This document shows positions 29,884 to 39,527 of a DNA stretch of 64,000 nt, one piece after another. This stretch comes from an uncultured delta proteobacterium. Lineage in GTDB: Bacteria > Myxococcota_A > Polyangia > Fen-1088. A program made the translations under genes and the position numbers. The number at the start of each line of letters is the position of its first letter. Position 1 is the stretch's first letter. Below the pieces are notes generated by a model that was not told where the DNA came from, made no database searches, and saw nothing but the letters and a program-made list of their open reading frames with translations. The DNA lies in contig CAWCMR010000013.1 in assembly GCA_963796685.1 (NCBI GenBank), positions 288,001-352,000 of the forward strand. The letters run 5' to 3'.

Positions 29884-31467
29884 ATGACATTCCTTGAAGC
29901 GGCGCTGGAGATTCTCAAGCGCGAGCGGAAGCCCCTGCACTACAAGGAGCTGACCGAAAAAGCCATGGAGCGCAAGCTCCTGACCTTCGTGGGGCGCACC
30001 CCGGAGGTCACCATGCAAACCCAGCTCACCAGCGCGGTGAAGAAGGCTCCAGGCGCCCCGTTCGTTCGGGTCAAGCCCGGCGTATTCGGACTTCTGCGCT
30101 ACCCCGAGGCTGCTCCCGAACCCGAGCCCGTGGTGGTCGAGGAGGTGACGGCGGCGCCTGGCGAAGAGAAACCCGCGGAGACGGCCGAAGCTCGCGGACG
30201 GCGGCGACGACGAGGAGGTCGGGGCCGTCGCAGGGATCGCCAAGGTGGAGACGAGCCGCGTGCGGAGGGTGCGCCCGAAGGGACCAAGGCCGGGGCCGCC
30301 GAACACCGAGATGTCGACAGTGCGGGTGCCGCGACCGGCGACGAGCAAGACGGTGCCGAAGAACCGAATATCGGCACGCTTTCCGCCGAGGCGCGCGCCG
30401 CAGCTCTGGCCGAGACGGGTGTGCTCGAGGGCGATATCGAGGAGGAGGAGTCGGACCTCGATGCCGGCGACGCTGACGAGGACGAACCCGAGGGCCAACC
30501 GCGGCAAGCGGTGCCATCGGAGGACAATGCGGTGCGCGACGAGGCCGGCGCTGCTTCCGGTTCGACACCTTCCGACGACGTGGATTCGACCCCTGCGCCG
30601 ATATCGGAGTCTGAGCCGACTCCAGGCTCGGTCAGCGCTTCCTCCGGGGCGCAAACACCAAGTGGCGCGTCGGAAAGTGGCGGTCAGGGCGGACGCAAAG
30701 TCATGTCGCCCGTGGATGCGGCCATCGAGATCCTCAAAGGGCAAAGTCCTGGACGTGGCGTGCACGTGCGGCAGATCGCGGACAGTGCGGTTCGGCGGCG
30801 GCTCATCCACGGCGAGCCTAACGAAGCGTGGCGGGTCATGCGGGCGGCCCTTGCCTCCGAGGCCAAGGAACGCCTGCGTGCAGGGCTCAGGCCGCGCATC
30901 AAGTCCGCCGGCAGCGGGCTCTTCGCCCTGTCCAGACGCAGCCCCGATGCCGACTTGGAGAAGGCGGAATACGTCTTCGGCGAAGCCAGACGTGCTTTGC
31001 GCGAACGGACGCTGGCCGCTCTCGAGCAGCGCCTGGGCGAGCTTACGCCGGCTTCCTTCGAAGCCATCGCACGCGTCTTGTTGCAGCGCGAAGGCTTTGG
31101 CCCCGCGACTTTCGTCAAGCGTGTCGAGGGAACCATCTACGTCGAGGCCCTGCGCGGACGAGGATTCAGGCCGTCCCGTTGCCTTGTCGCCTTGCGCCCC
31201 GGCGTGACGGCCGCTGGTCGGCGCGCGCTGGGCGAATTGCGCGCGGGGATTCGCGCGCGCAATCAAGACGAGGGGCTGCTTCTGCTCGCGGGACGACTGG
31301 CCGACGATGCCATCAGCGAATGGAAGCAACCTGGGCAGCCGATCGAAGTGGTGGACGGTCCGGCCATGGCTGAAACCTGCGTTCGTCACGGTATCGGTGT
31401 GATAGGCGCTACGGTCGCCGTCGACCTCATCGACGCCGACTTCTTCGCCGAGCTGTCGGAGGGGTAG
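29884..31467 (+). CDS. two HARE-HTH domains + Arg tract/acidic disordered region + inactive Mrr-like restriction-endonuclease fold
   Basis: MTFLEAALEIL..PLHYKEL..GRTP..TM..F.RVKPGVFGL; second copy at MSPVDAAIEIL; C-terminal Mrr-like pattern LTPASFE...IEVVDG...HGIGV. Confidence 0.8.
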   Translation: MTFLEAALEILKRERKPLHYKELTEKAMERKLLTFVGRTPEVTMQTQLTSAVKKAPGAPFVRVKPGVFGLLRYPEAAPEPEPVVVEEVTAAPGEEKPAETAEARGRRRRRGGRGRRRDRQGGDEPRAEGAPEGTKAGAAEHRDVDSAGAATGDEQDGAEEPNIGTLSAEARAAALAETGVLEGDIEEEESDLDAGDADEDEPEGQPRQAVPSEDNAVRDEAGAASGSTPSDDVDSTPAPISESEPTPGSVSASSGAQTPSGASESGGQGGRKVMSPVDAAIEILKGQSPGRGVHVRQIADSAVRRRLIHGEPNEAWRVMRAALASEAKERLRAGLRPRIKSAGSGLFALSRRSPDADLEKAEYVFGEARRALRERTLAALEQRLGELTPASFEAIARVLLQREGFGPATFVKRVEGTIYVEALRGRGFRPSRCLVALRPGVTAAGRRALGELRAGIRARNQDEGLLLLAGRLADDAISEWKQPGQPIEVVDGPAMAETCVRHGIGVIGATVAVDLIDADFFAELSEG

Positions 31468-31494
31468 TCTTCGCGTTCCGCGCGAATCCAGCGC

Positions 31495-32189
31495 TTGCAC
31501 ACGAGCCAGGGCCGGCGGAATGGGCATGGCTCGGACGCGTACCCTATGCCGAGGCGCTGCGTCTGCAAGAACAGGTTCGGGATCAGGTCGCCGCGGGGCG
31601 GGCAGCTGACACCCTGCTTCTGCAGGAGCACGAGCCCGTCATCACCCTGGGCCGAAGCGCGGATCCGGCGCACGTGCTCGCCTCTCCCGAGGAGTTGCGC
31701 GATAGATGCATTTCCGTGATCCGCACTTCGCGCGGTGGCGACGTCACCTTCCACGGGCCCGGTCAGATGGTCGGATACCCGATTTATCGCTTGCGGCGAG
31801 GCGTTCGCGCCCACGTGATGGCCATGGCAGAGGCGGTCGTCGCGGTCCTCGGCTACATGGGCATCGCGGCCGAGTGGCGCGCATCGCAGCCCGGGATCTG
31901 GGTAGGCCCCGACAAGATATGCGCCGTGGGCGTCCATGTTCGCCGCCGCGTGGCCATGCACGGATTTGCCCTCAACGTGAACAACGATCTCGCTTCCTTC
32001 CGGACCATCGTGCCCTGTGGACTTCGCCAGGCTGGCGTCACGTCCGTCGCGACTCTTCTTGGACACACGTGCGACCTGCCTGAATTGTCCGAACGTCTTT
32101 CGCATGCCTTTGAACGCTCCTTCGTTCAGCGCCTGGTCCGAATTTCTGCTTCCTCTTCGCGATTGCAAATCGCAAAGGGAAATCTGTAA
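31495..32189 (+). CDS. lipB: lipoyl(octanoyl) transferase; 5' end lacks an in-frame start codon
   Basis: WLGRVPY, EHEPVITLGR, RGGDVTFHGPGQ, KICAVG, HGFALNV, IVPCG. The frame is open through the conserved N-terminus (from 31521) but has no ATG/GTG/TTG until 31674. Confidence 0.88.
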
Positions 32190-32204
32190 GATAGACTCAC
32201 CATC

Positions 32205-33350
32205 GTGAAGGTACGGAGCAGGCCGCGCATCGTAGTCATCTACAATCGCGACTTCGAGGGAGCCGAAGCGGACCCCGAGAACAAGGCGCGGGAGGACGTC
32301 AAGGACGTCGCGAAGGATGTGCTTCGCATTCTGGGAACGGGCGGATTCGATATCGCCGAGCTTGGAGTGACCAACGATATCCCCGTGGCGATTTCCACCT
32401 TGGTGGAGATGAAGCCGGACGCGGTCTTCAACCTGTGCGAATCGATCCACGGCGACAATCGTTTCGAGTCGCTCATGCCGCTGCTCATGGATCTGGAGAA
32501 CATCGCCTATACTGGGTCGTGTTCTTTTGCGCTCTCCCTCGCCTTGCGCAAAGAGAAGGTCAAGGACATCTTGCGCGGCTGCGGCGTTCCGGTCGCTCGC
32601 GGAGGCATGGTCAATGCCGTGGAGGATTGCGTGCGGGTGGCCGTGGGGTTCCCCGCCATCGTCAAGCCTGCCCGCGAGGATGCCTCGGTCGGGATCTGCA
32701 GTGCCTCCGTCGTGCACGACCAGAAGGCGCTGGAACGGCGGGTTGCCCATGTCCTCGAGAACTACCGCCAGCCAGCCCTCATCGAGGAATTCATCGATGG
32801 ACGGGAGATCTACGTTTCGATCCTCGAGCGCATGGACGCCGATCCCCTGGTGTTTCCCTTCTTCGAGATCGACTTCTCCGACATGCCCGGCGACCGTCCC
32901 AACATCGTGTCCTTCGAGGGCAAGTGGGTGGAGGACTCGATCGAGTACAAAGGCACGCGGCCGGTGCGGTGCGAAGGGTTGTCCGCCGAGTTGCGCTCCA
33001 CCATCGCACAGACCGCGCTGAATGCCTTCCGGGCGGTCGGCCTGCGCGACTATGGGCGCATGGACTTCCGACTCTCGACGTCCGGCGTTCCCTATGTCAT
33101 CGATGTAAACCCCAATTGCGATCTGTCGGATCTCGCAGGCGGATACTCGCGTGCGGCCAAGGCGGCTGGCCTTTCTTACAAGGAGCTGATTGTCAGCATC
33201 GCCGGGTTGGCCATGGCCAGGCAGGAACGCCTGAATACCATCGCAAGGTTCCCATCGGCCATGGGGCTGGCGGCGGAGGTCACCGGGATGGCCAGCATAC
33301 CGACCAAGGTCCGGGCTCGATCGCCCCGAGGGGGTGCAGGCTCGGTCTGA
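32205..33350 (+). CDS. ATP-grasp ligase, Ddl-like family
   Basis: FNLCES, AYTGS, IVKPAREDASVGI, IEEFIDGRE, DYGRMDFR, IDVNPN. Confidence 0.88.
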   Translation: MKVRSRPRIVVIYNRDFEGAEADPENKAREDVKDVAKDVLRILGTGGFDIAELGVTNDIPVAISTLVEMKPDAVFNLCESIHGDNRFESLMPLLMDLENIAYTGSCSFALSLALRKEKVKDILRGCGVPVARGGMVNAVEDCVRVAVGFPAIVKPAREDASVGICSASVVHDQKALERRVAHVLENYRQPALIEEFIDGREIYVSILERMDADPLVFPFFEIDFSDMPGDRPNIVSFEGKWVEDSIEYKGTRPVRCEGLSAELRSTIAQTALNAFRAVGLRDYGRMDFRLSTSGVPYVIDVNPNCDLSDLAGGYSRAAKAAGLSYKELIVSIAGLAMARQERLNTIARFPSAMGLAAEVTGMASIPTKVRARSPRGGAGSV

Positions 33351-33420
33351 AGCACCTTGCGGAGACCGGAGGATTCCGGCCTTTCGAACGGGCCAGTGCG
33401 CGCCGGCAAGGAGATTGGCG

Positions 33421-34353
33421 ATGACCGAGAAGGGGCACGCGAAGATCCTTGTGGTTGCGGCACTTGCCTGCTGTGGCTTGTCTGCCGGCTGCAAGGGGTG
33501 TGGCAAAGAGAAGCCGATCGCCGCGCCCGAGCGACCCAGTCTCGCTGCGGTCGCCGTGAGACCGATCGCTCCGATTCAGTGGCGTGGGAAGACGATCCAG
33601 GTGGACGGTACGCTACTCGCCGCAAAGGCCAGGAAGATTCTGGAAGATGCGGAGGTCTTCGCCGTCCCTGGTGCGAATCGCCCGACCGCCAGGGTCGACC
33701 TGGAGGTCGAATTGGTCAGTGCCGCCGAATCCGGCGAACCCGAACCCGAGATTGGAGCGAGGGTCCGCTTGCGCGTCACGGTTCACCCCAGCATGGAGCC
33801 GGCAAGATTCGCCGAGGACGTGGTTGCCATGGGGCAGACGCCGCTAGCCCAAGGAGAGATGGACGACGTACAACCCGTATTCCAGCGCTTGGCCGAGCGT
33901 ACGGTGGCAGACCTCCTGCATGCCTACTTGGCCAGGCAGAAGTTGTGGGACGGCAGCGAGCAGCAGGTCGCCGTGGCTCTGGGCTCGACCGAAAGCGACC
34001 TGCGCGTGGAGGCCATGCGCATCGTTGCCGCGCGAAACTTGCGCGGCGAGATTCCCACGGTCTTGAGCCTGCTGTCAGATGACGACGAGAACGTGAGGGA
34101 CGCTGCCTTGGGAACGCTGGTCGCCTTGCGAGAACGCGGCGCCGTAAAGGCCCTGGCCAAGTCGCGCCCGATGCGCGACACGCGCGAGATGCGCAAGATT
34201 CTCGATGCCATCGCCACGCTGGGTGGACGAGAAGCGCGGGACTACCTGAGCTTCGTGGCAGAGACCCATGATGATGAAGAGGTTCGAGCCATGGCCAAGA
34301 CCGCGCTGGAGCGACTCTTGAGGCACGACAATCTAAACCAGCCAACAAGATAG
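33421..34353 (+). CDS. HEAT-repeat lipoprotein
   Basis: Lipobox SAG-C; C-terminal LSDDDENVRDAALGTL-type repeats. Confidence 0.78.
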   Translation: MTEKGHAKILVVAALACCGLSAGCKGCGKEKPIAAPERPSLAAVAVRPIAPIQWRGKTIQVDGTLLAAKARKILEDAEVFAVPGANRPTARVDLEVELVSAAESGEPEPEIGARVRLRVTVHPSMEPARFAEDVVAMGQTPLAQGEMDDVQPVFQRLAERTVADLLHAYLARQKLWDGSEQQVAVALGSTESDLRVEAMRIVAARNLRGEIPTVLSLLSDDDENVRDAALGTLVALRERGAVKALAKSRPMRDTREMRKILDAIATLGGREARDYLSFVAETHDDEEVRAMAKTALERLLRHDNLNQPTR

Positions 34354-34358
34354 GCGAA

Positions 34359-34387
34359 TTGCAAAAAATACAATAAAAACATATAAT
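34359..34387 (+). promoter_or_regulatory. near-consensus sigma70 promoter
   Basis: TTGCAA-17nt(A-rich)-TATAAT, 7 nt before TTG 34395. Confidence 0.75.
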
Positions 34388-34394
34388 CATCCCA

Positions 34395-37300
34395 TTGGTT
34401 TTGGTCAATCAAGTTGTCAGTACTGGACGCGGAGGCGCGCGGGATGAACCGTCCATCGGGCGCTACCGGCGGATTCGCCGACTCTCGGCCGGCGCCTTCG
34501 GAGAAGTCTACCTGGTCGAAGATCCTTCGAAGCGGTGTCGATACGCGCTGAAGCTGCTTCCCGCGCAGGCGACATCGCGCGGCCTGCACGGAGAGTTTGC
34601 CCGTCTCACCGAGCTTTCCCATCCCAACATCGTTCGCGTGGTCGATGCGGGCGTGCTGACGGTCGGCGAGCTTGCCGGTCGCGCTTTTCTGGTCATGGAC
34701 TATGTCGCGGGGCGGACCCTCTCCGAGTCGTTCGCCTTGGCTTTGCCAGGAGAGCTGCTCGGGCGCTTCGCCAGGGTGGCGGAAGCGCTGGTCGATGCCC
34801 TCGCGTACTTGCATGGCCAAGGAATCGTCCACGGCGACATCAGTCCGGCCAACATCCGCTGCGATGAAACCGGACGACCGGTTCTCATCGACTTCGGCCT
34901 TGCCCGACACCTGTCCCCGTCGGGCGGGGCAGGTGCTTCGGGCGTTTCGGGCACGCTGGGTTTCCTTGCCCCCGAGGCCCTACTTGGCGAAAGCGGCCAT
35001 CCCGGAGATCTCTTCGCTCTCGGGGCCACGCTCTATGATGCCTGGACCGGAACGCCGCCCTTCGGTCTGGGAGTGGAGTCGATCAAGCAGGTCTGGCAAG
35101 GCCCACCGATCGCCCCTTCGTCCCTGCATTCGGGCCTGCCACCGGCCTGGGACCGCCTGTTGCTCGGGCTGCTGGCCCCCGCCACGGAGGATCGTCCGGC
35201 GAGTGCGCGAGAGGTCTTGCGGGCGATTCGTCGGGAGCTGCCTGACAAGAAGATGCATGGGGTGGAGTCGGACCTGGGCGTTCCTTACCCCGCGGGCGAT
35301 CCCTTGGCCGGCGTGGTGGTGGGAAGAGCGGATGAACAAGCCAAGCTGAGGCGTCACCTCGAAGAGCTTGCGGACGGCTCCAGTTTGGCGAGCATCCTGT
35401 GCATCGTCGGAGCGCCCGGTTCGGGACGGCGCACGCTCGTCCGGCGCGCTCTTCGCGAGGCTCGCCTTGCCATCCTCTCGCAGACCTTGGAGGCCTTCGA
35501 TATCGAGGAAGGGGAGTGCACCGACATCCTCGGTCGAAGCGAAGCTGCATCCCTGTCGGGGGAGACGCCGCTGCAGGAATCGGCCAGCCAGGTGCGGGCA
35601 AGCTTGGCCCGCCTCGCGGGCGAGCTGGAAGCGCGTGCGCAGGTCCGGCCTCTGTGTCTGGCCCTTGCCGGCTCACCCGAGGACGAGGCGCTGGCCAGGT
35701 CCATTGCCGGCAACCTACCAAGCGGACGCTTGTTGGTCCTCCTGCCGTGCGAGCGAGAGATGGAATGGCCAGGGTGCGTCGCAGTCAGGTTGGCGCCCTT
35801 GTCGCGCGAGTCCATCGCCGAGCTCGCCCGCCGGGGCGCAGGCTGCGATTCGCCACCGGAAATCTTGGATGAGATCGCCGCAGCATCGGCTGGGTTGGCG
35901 GGCGCGAGCGCAATACTGGTTCGCAGCTGGATCGCCCGTCTGCGCGGAGGCAAGCCGCCGCTTGGCAGCTTGGTCGAGGGCGATCCCGACATGGCCCGCT
36001 TGCTCGACGCCAGTTTTGCATCCTTGGGCAGGGCCGCACGGGTCCGCGTGTTGACCGGCGCGCTTGCACCTGCGGGCGAAGGAGTGTCGGAAGGCACCGA
36101 CGGCGAGGGGCGGGCCGAAGCCGAGGCGCAAGCCGCCGGCTGGATGCTTGCGGACTGCGCCCGCCTGCCGAGCACGGCGCACCTCTCGGCCGTTTGGCGC
36201 GCGCTCGCCCAGGACGCCGATCTGCAAAAGGTCGCACAAGAGCTTGCGGACGCGTTGCCGGAGGTCGACGAGCGGAAGGCCGAAGTGCTGCTGGTGCTCG
36301 GCGAAGAGGGGAGGGCTGCGGCTGGTTTCCGGCAAGCGATGCGTGCTGCGCTGGCGAAGATGGCCTGGAGCAAAGTCGCCGAGTACGGCCTTCGAGCGCG
36401 CGCCGCCGATGGCGCGAGTGGAACGCACGAGGATCGGCTGGGCTTGGCCAGCGCACTCGGCATCCTGGGGCGCTACGATGAAGCCCTCGATCTGCTCGCC
36501 TCGGGCGCGCGGCCCAGCGCGCCTGCCGACGTGGCGTTGCTCGCCGAGCGCAAGGCATGGCTGCTCGGCAGGCGCGGCGATCCCGAGGCCGCACGATGCA
36601 TCCTCGAAGAGGCGCTGCCCGGCATCTCGGCCGACGAGGAAGCCACCTTGCTGCTGCGCTCGCGGCTGGCGCGCGTACTGGTGACGAGTGGGCGCTTTGC
36701 CGAGGCCCTCACCGTCGCGGAGCCGGCCATGGCGGTGCGATCGAGAACGGCCATGGCGGCGCGGGAATCGGCGGTGCTCGCGCTTGCCTATTCGGGCAGG
36801 TTGGAGGAGGCGCGTCGGATTCTCGATACGTTGACCTTGGAGGCGAACGAAATCCGGGATTCGTCGCTCCTGGCGCGCGTGGCCGCCTTGGATGGACTGG
36901 TGGCGCAGCTCTTCGGCCGCCCGCTGCAGGCCGCTGCGGCCTATGCGGTGGCGGTACGCCAATACGAACAGATCCGGGACCTCCACGGCGCCGCTGCCGC
37001 CGCCTTCAATCTGGGGTGTTCCTTGGCCGAGATAGGCGACTACGCCGGCAGCATCGAGGCCCTCGAACGCGCCGTGCGCGAGCTCGGACGCCTGGGCGCC
37101 GTGACCGATCACGCATTGGCAGTCTTCAACGTCGGGCAGTTGCTCTTGCAGCTAGGCGATCTGGAGGCGGCGGCGAGAGCGGCCGGCGAGCTGGAGGATG
37201 AGGCTCGCGCCTCGCATGTCGAGGCGTTCGAAGGTTATGCACGGCTGCTCGCCGCCCAGGTCCAGCGCAAGCAGGGGGGCCAGGTTGACGCCACGCGTGG

Positions 37301-39425
37301 CTACCAATCGGCGGCGGAGGTCTTTTCCAGGCTTGGAATGCAGGCCATGGCAGAGGTCGCTGACCTCGAGCGGGCCGAGGTGCTTGCGCAGCAAGCGGAG
37401 ATTCCCCGTGCCCGGGAGATCCTGTTCCATGCCGAGGGATCCGGGCGGGGGGCGGCGCAAGCCGCCGGAAACACATCCGCGGTACCCAGGTCGGAAATGC
37501 TTGCCTGCGCCCGAGCTCGCGTCGACTTGGCCGATCCGGCGTCCACGGGGATCGAGCAGGGCGCCTTGGCCGAGTCCCTGTTTCGCGGTGCCGCCCATGC
37601 CAGGGATCTCGGGCGGCTGCCCATGGCCTGGCGTCTCGCCAGCCTGGCGTCGCAGCTCTTCGCGCGCGAGCGCGACGAGCGCCAGCAGCAGGCACTCGAT
37701 ATCGCGCGCACGTGCTTTCGGGAGGTGAAGATGAAAACGCCCGCCAAATACTGGCCCGGACTCGCGGCCGACAACGAGGCCAAGATCATCGAGTTGCAAG
37801 CCGACGAGAGCAAGCGTGCGGTGGGGCTGGTCGAACGTGCCGCCGTTCTCGAAAGCCGCCTGCGCCGCCTTCTGCGCATCAACAAGAGGCTCAACAGCGA
37901 CCTCCGGCTCTCGCGCGTGCTCGAAACCATCATCGACACCGTCATCGAGCTGACCGATGCCGAACGGGGCTTCCTCTTGCTCAAGGACACGGACGGTGCG
38001 CTGGTGGTGAAGGTGGCGCGCAACATCGACCAGACCACCCTCGAAGGGCCGAGCTCGTCGTTGTCTCGATCCATCGCCAAGCAGGCCGCGGACAGTGGCG
38101 AGCCGGTCATCGCCGTCGATGCCGCGGGGGATAGCCGCTTCAGCGAATTGCTCTCGGTCAGCGATCTTCACCTGCGCTCCGTCCTGGCCGTGCCGCTGAC
38201 CGTGAAGGGTCAGGTCGTAGGCACGATCTACGTCGATCACCGGCTGCGCAAGGGCGTGTTCGGGGACGACGAATTGGCCATGGTGCTCGATTTCGCCGAG
38301 CAGGGTGCCATCGCTATCGAGAACGCGCGGGTAGTCTCCGAGCTACGCCGCCGGGAGCAGCAGGTCCAGTCGCTCAATCGTCGACTGGAACGAGAGCTCA
38401 AGGTTCAGGAGGCGGCTCTGAGCGACGCGAGGGTCGAGCTCAAAGAGAGCCGCCAGGCCGCGGCCTTGCGCTACGACTATCGGCAAATTGTCGGACAGTC
38501 GCCGCCCATGCTGGATCTGTTTCGCCTGCTCGATCGGGTGACCGACACCGGCTTGCCGGTGATCATCGAGGGCGAGAGCGGTACGGGCAAGGAGTTGGTG
38601 GCCCGGGCCATTCATTTTCATGGTCCGCGCAAGGACCACGCCTTTGTCTCGGAGAATTGTGCGGCCATTCCCGAGACGCTGCTCGAATCGGCGCTGTTCG
38701 GCCACGTGCGTGGCGCCTTTACCGGTGCCGATCGGGAGGCGCGCGGCCTGTTCGCCATCGCCAACGGCGGCACCCTGTTTCTGGATGAAGTGGCGGAGAT
38801 GTCGCCTGCCATGCAGGGCAAGCTCCTGCGCGTGCTTCAGGACGGCGAGTTCCGTCGCGTGGGCGGAGAGCGAGGGGAAAAGGCCGATGTTCGGGTCCTG
38901 GTGGCGACCAACAAGAACCTTTCCGACCTGGTGGAGAGCGGAAGTTTTCGCAAGGACCTGTTCTACCGTCTGAGCGTTGTGCGCTTGCATCTACCGCCCT
39001 TGCGCGAGCGGCGCGAGGACATCCCGCTCCTTTTGCGCCACTTTTTGGAGAAGGCCGCGCAACAAACCGGCAGTGCCGTGAAGAGCATCGAGCCCACCGC
39101 GCTTACCAAGCTGTGCCGCCACGGCTGGCCGGGCAATGTGCGCGAGCTAGAAAACGAGATTGCCAGGGCAGGGGCCTTCGCTGGAGCGAGCATCGGGGTT
39201 TCCGACCTTTCACCCCACATTCAAACCGGACAGGACCCGAGCGAGACCCTGCGCAACGAGCCTGACAGCCTGCGCATAAAGCAGCGCGTCGAACGCGTCG
39301 AGAGGCAGCTCATTCGAGAGGCTATGGGGCGTTCGCAGGGAAATCAGACCAAGGCCGCGGCCCTACTCGGGCTTTCCCGGTTCGGCCTGCAAAAGAAGCT
39401 GCGTCGCTATAACCTGAGCCTCTAG
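34395..39425 (+). CDS. Ser/Thr kinase - P-loop - TPR - GAF - sigma54-dependent AAA+ activator with Fis-type HTH
   Basis: GAFGEV, ALK, HGDISPAN, DFG, APE; GAPGSGRRT; GAF (RSVLAVPL..VGTIYVD); GESGTGKE, GAFTGA, FLDEV, WPGNVRELEN; GNQTKAA.LLG. Confidence 0.92.
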   Translation: MVLVNQVVSTGRGGARDEPSIGRYRRIRRLSAGAFGEVYLVEDPSKRCRYALKLLPAQATSRGLHGEFARLTELSHPNIVRVVDAGVLTVGELAGRAFLVMDYVAGRTLSESFALALPGELLGRFARVAEALVDALAYLHGQGIVHGDISPANIRCDETGRPVLIDFGLARHLSPSGGAGASGVSGTLGFLAPEALLGESGHPGDLFALGATLYDAWTGTPPFGLGVESIKQVWQGPPIAPSSLHSGLPPAWDRLLLGLLAPATEDRPASAREVLRAIRRELPDKKMHGVESDLGVPYPAGDPLAGVVVGRADEQAKLRRHLEELADGSSLASILCIVGAPGSGRRTLVRRALREARLAILSQTLEAFDIEEGECTDILGRSEAASLSGETPLQESASQVRASLARLAGELEARAQVRPLCLALAGSPEDEALARSIAGNLPSGRLLVLLPCEREMEWPGCVAVRLAPLSRESIAELARRGAGCDSPPEILDEIAAASAGLAGASAILVRSWIARLRGGKPPLGSLVEGDPDMARLLDASFASLGRAARVRVLTGALAPAGEGVSEGTDGEGRAEAEAQAAGWMLADCARLPSTAHLSAVWRALAQDADLQKVAQELADALPEVDERKAEVLLVLGEEGRAAAGFRQAMRAALAKMAWSKVAEYGLRARAADGASGTHEDRLGLASALGILGRYDEALDLLASGARPSAPADVALLAERKAWLLGRRGDPEAARCILEEALPGISADEEATLLLRSRLARVLVTSGRFAEALTVAEPAMAVRSRTAMAARESAVLALAYSGRLEEARRILDTLTLEANEIRDSSLLARVAALDGLVAQLFGRPLQAAAAYAVAVRQYEQIRDLHGAAAAAFNLGCSLAEIGDYAGSIEALERAVRELGRLGAVTDHALAVFNVGQLLLQLGDLEAAARAAGELEDEARASHVEAFEGYARLLAAQVQRKQGGQVDATRGYQSAAEVFSRLGMQAMAEVADLERAEVLAQQAEIPRAREILFHAEGSGRGAAQAAGNTSAVPRSEMLACARARVDLADPASTGIEQGALAESLFRGAAHARDLGRLPMAWRLASLASQLFARERDERQQQALDIARTCFREVKMKTPAKYWPGLAADNEAKIIELQADESKRAVGLVERAAVLESRLRRLLRINKRLNSDLRLSRVLETIIDTVIELTDAERGFLLLKDTDGALVVKVARNIDQTTLEGPSSSLSRSIAKQAADSGEPVIAVDAAGDSRFSELLSVSDLHLRSVLAVPLTVKGQVVGTIYVDHRLRKGVFGDDELAMVLDFAEQGAIAIENARVVSELRRREQQVQSLNRRLERELKVQEAALSDARVELKESRQAAALRYDYRQIVGQSPPMLDLFRLLDRVTDTGLPVIIEGESGTGKELVARAIHFHGPRKDHAFVSENCAAIPETLLESALFGHVRGAFTGADREARGLFAIANGGTLFLDEVAEMSPAMQGKLLRVLQDGEFRRVGGERGEKADVRVLVATNKNLSDLVESGSFRKDLFYRLSVVRLHLPPLRERREDIPLLLRHFLEKAAQQTGSAVKSIEPTALTKLCRHGWPGNVRELENEIARAGAFAGASIGVSDLSPHIQTGQDPSETLRNEPDSLRIKQRVERVERQLIREAMGRSQGNQTKAAALLGLSRFGLQKKLRRYNLSL

Positions 39426-39517
39426 ACAACCCGGTTGGCGTTGGAAGCATCCGATGTTGGCAATTCGGCGAGCACGTTGAAGGGATTCCGTGGCAAGATC
39501 TCGGCCCGATATTCGCA
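39425..39517 (+). promoter_or_regulatory. candidate sigma54 promoter with upstream activator sites
   Basis: GG-N10-GC at 39503-39516 (CGGCCCGATATTCGCA); GACAAC-N3-GTTGGC at 39425, with GTTGGC repeated 22 bp later. Confidence 0.45.
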
Positions 39518-39527
39518 TAGGCACAGC

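Noticed and set aside
31386-33506. Long antisense ORFs (e.g. 706 aa here; also 29776-31527, 44508-46781, 58167-59945, 9700-11016)
   Set aside because: Shadows of real genes on the opposite strand, expected from high GC3; no recognisable motifs.
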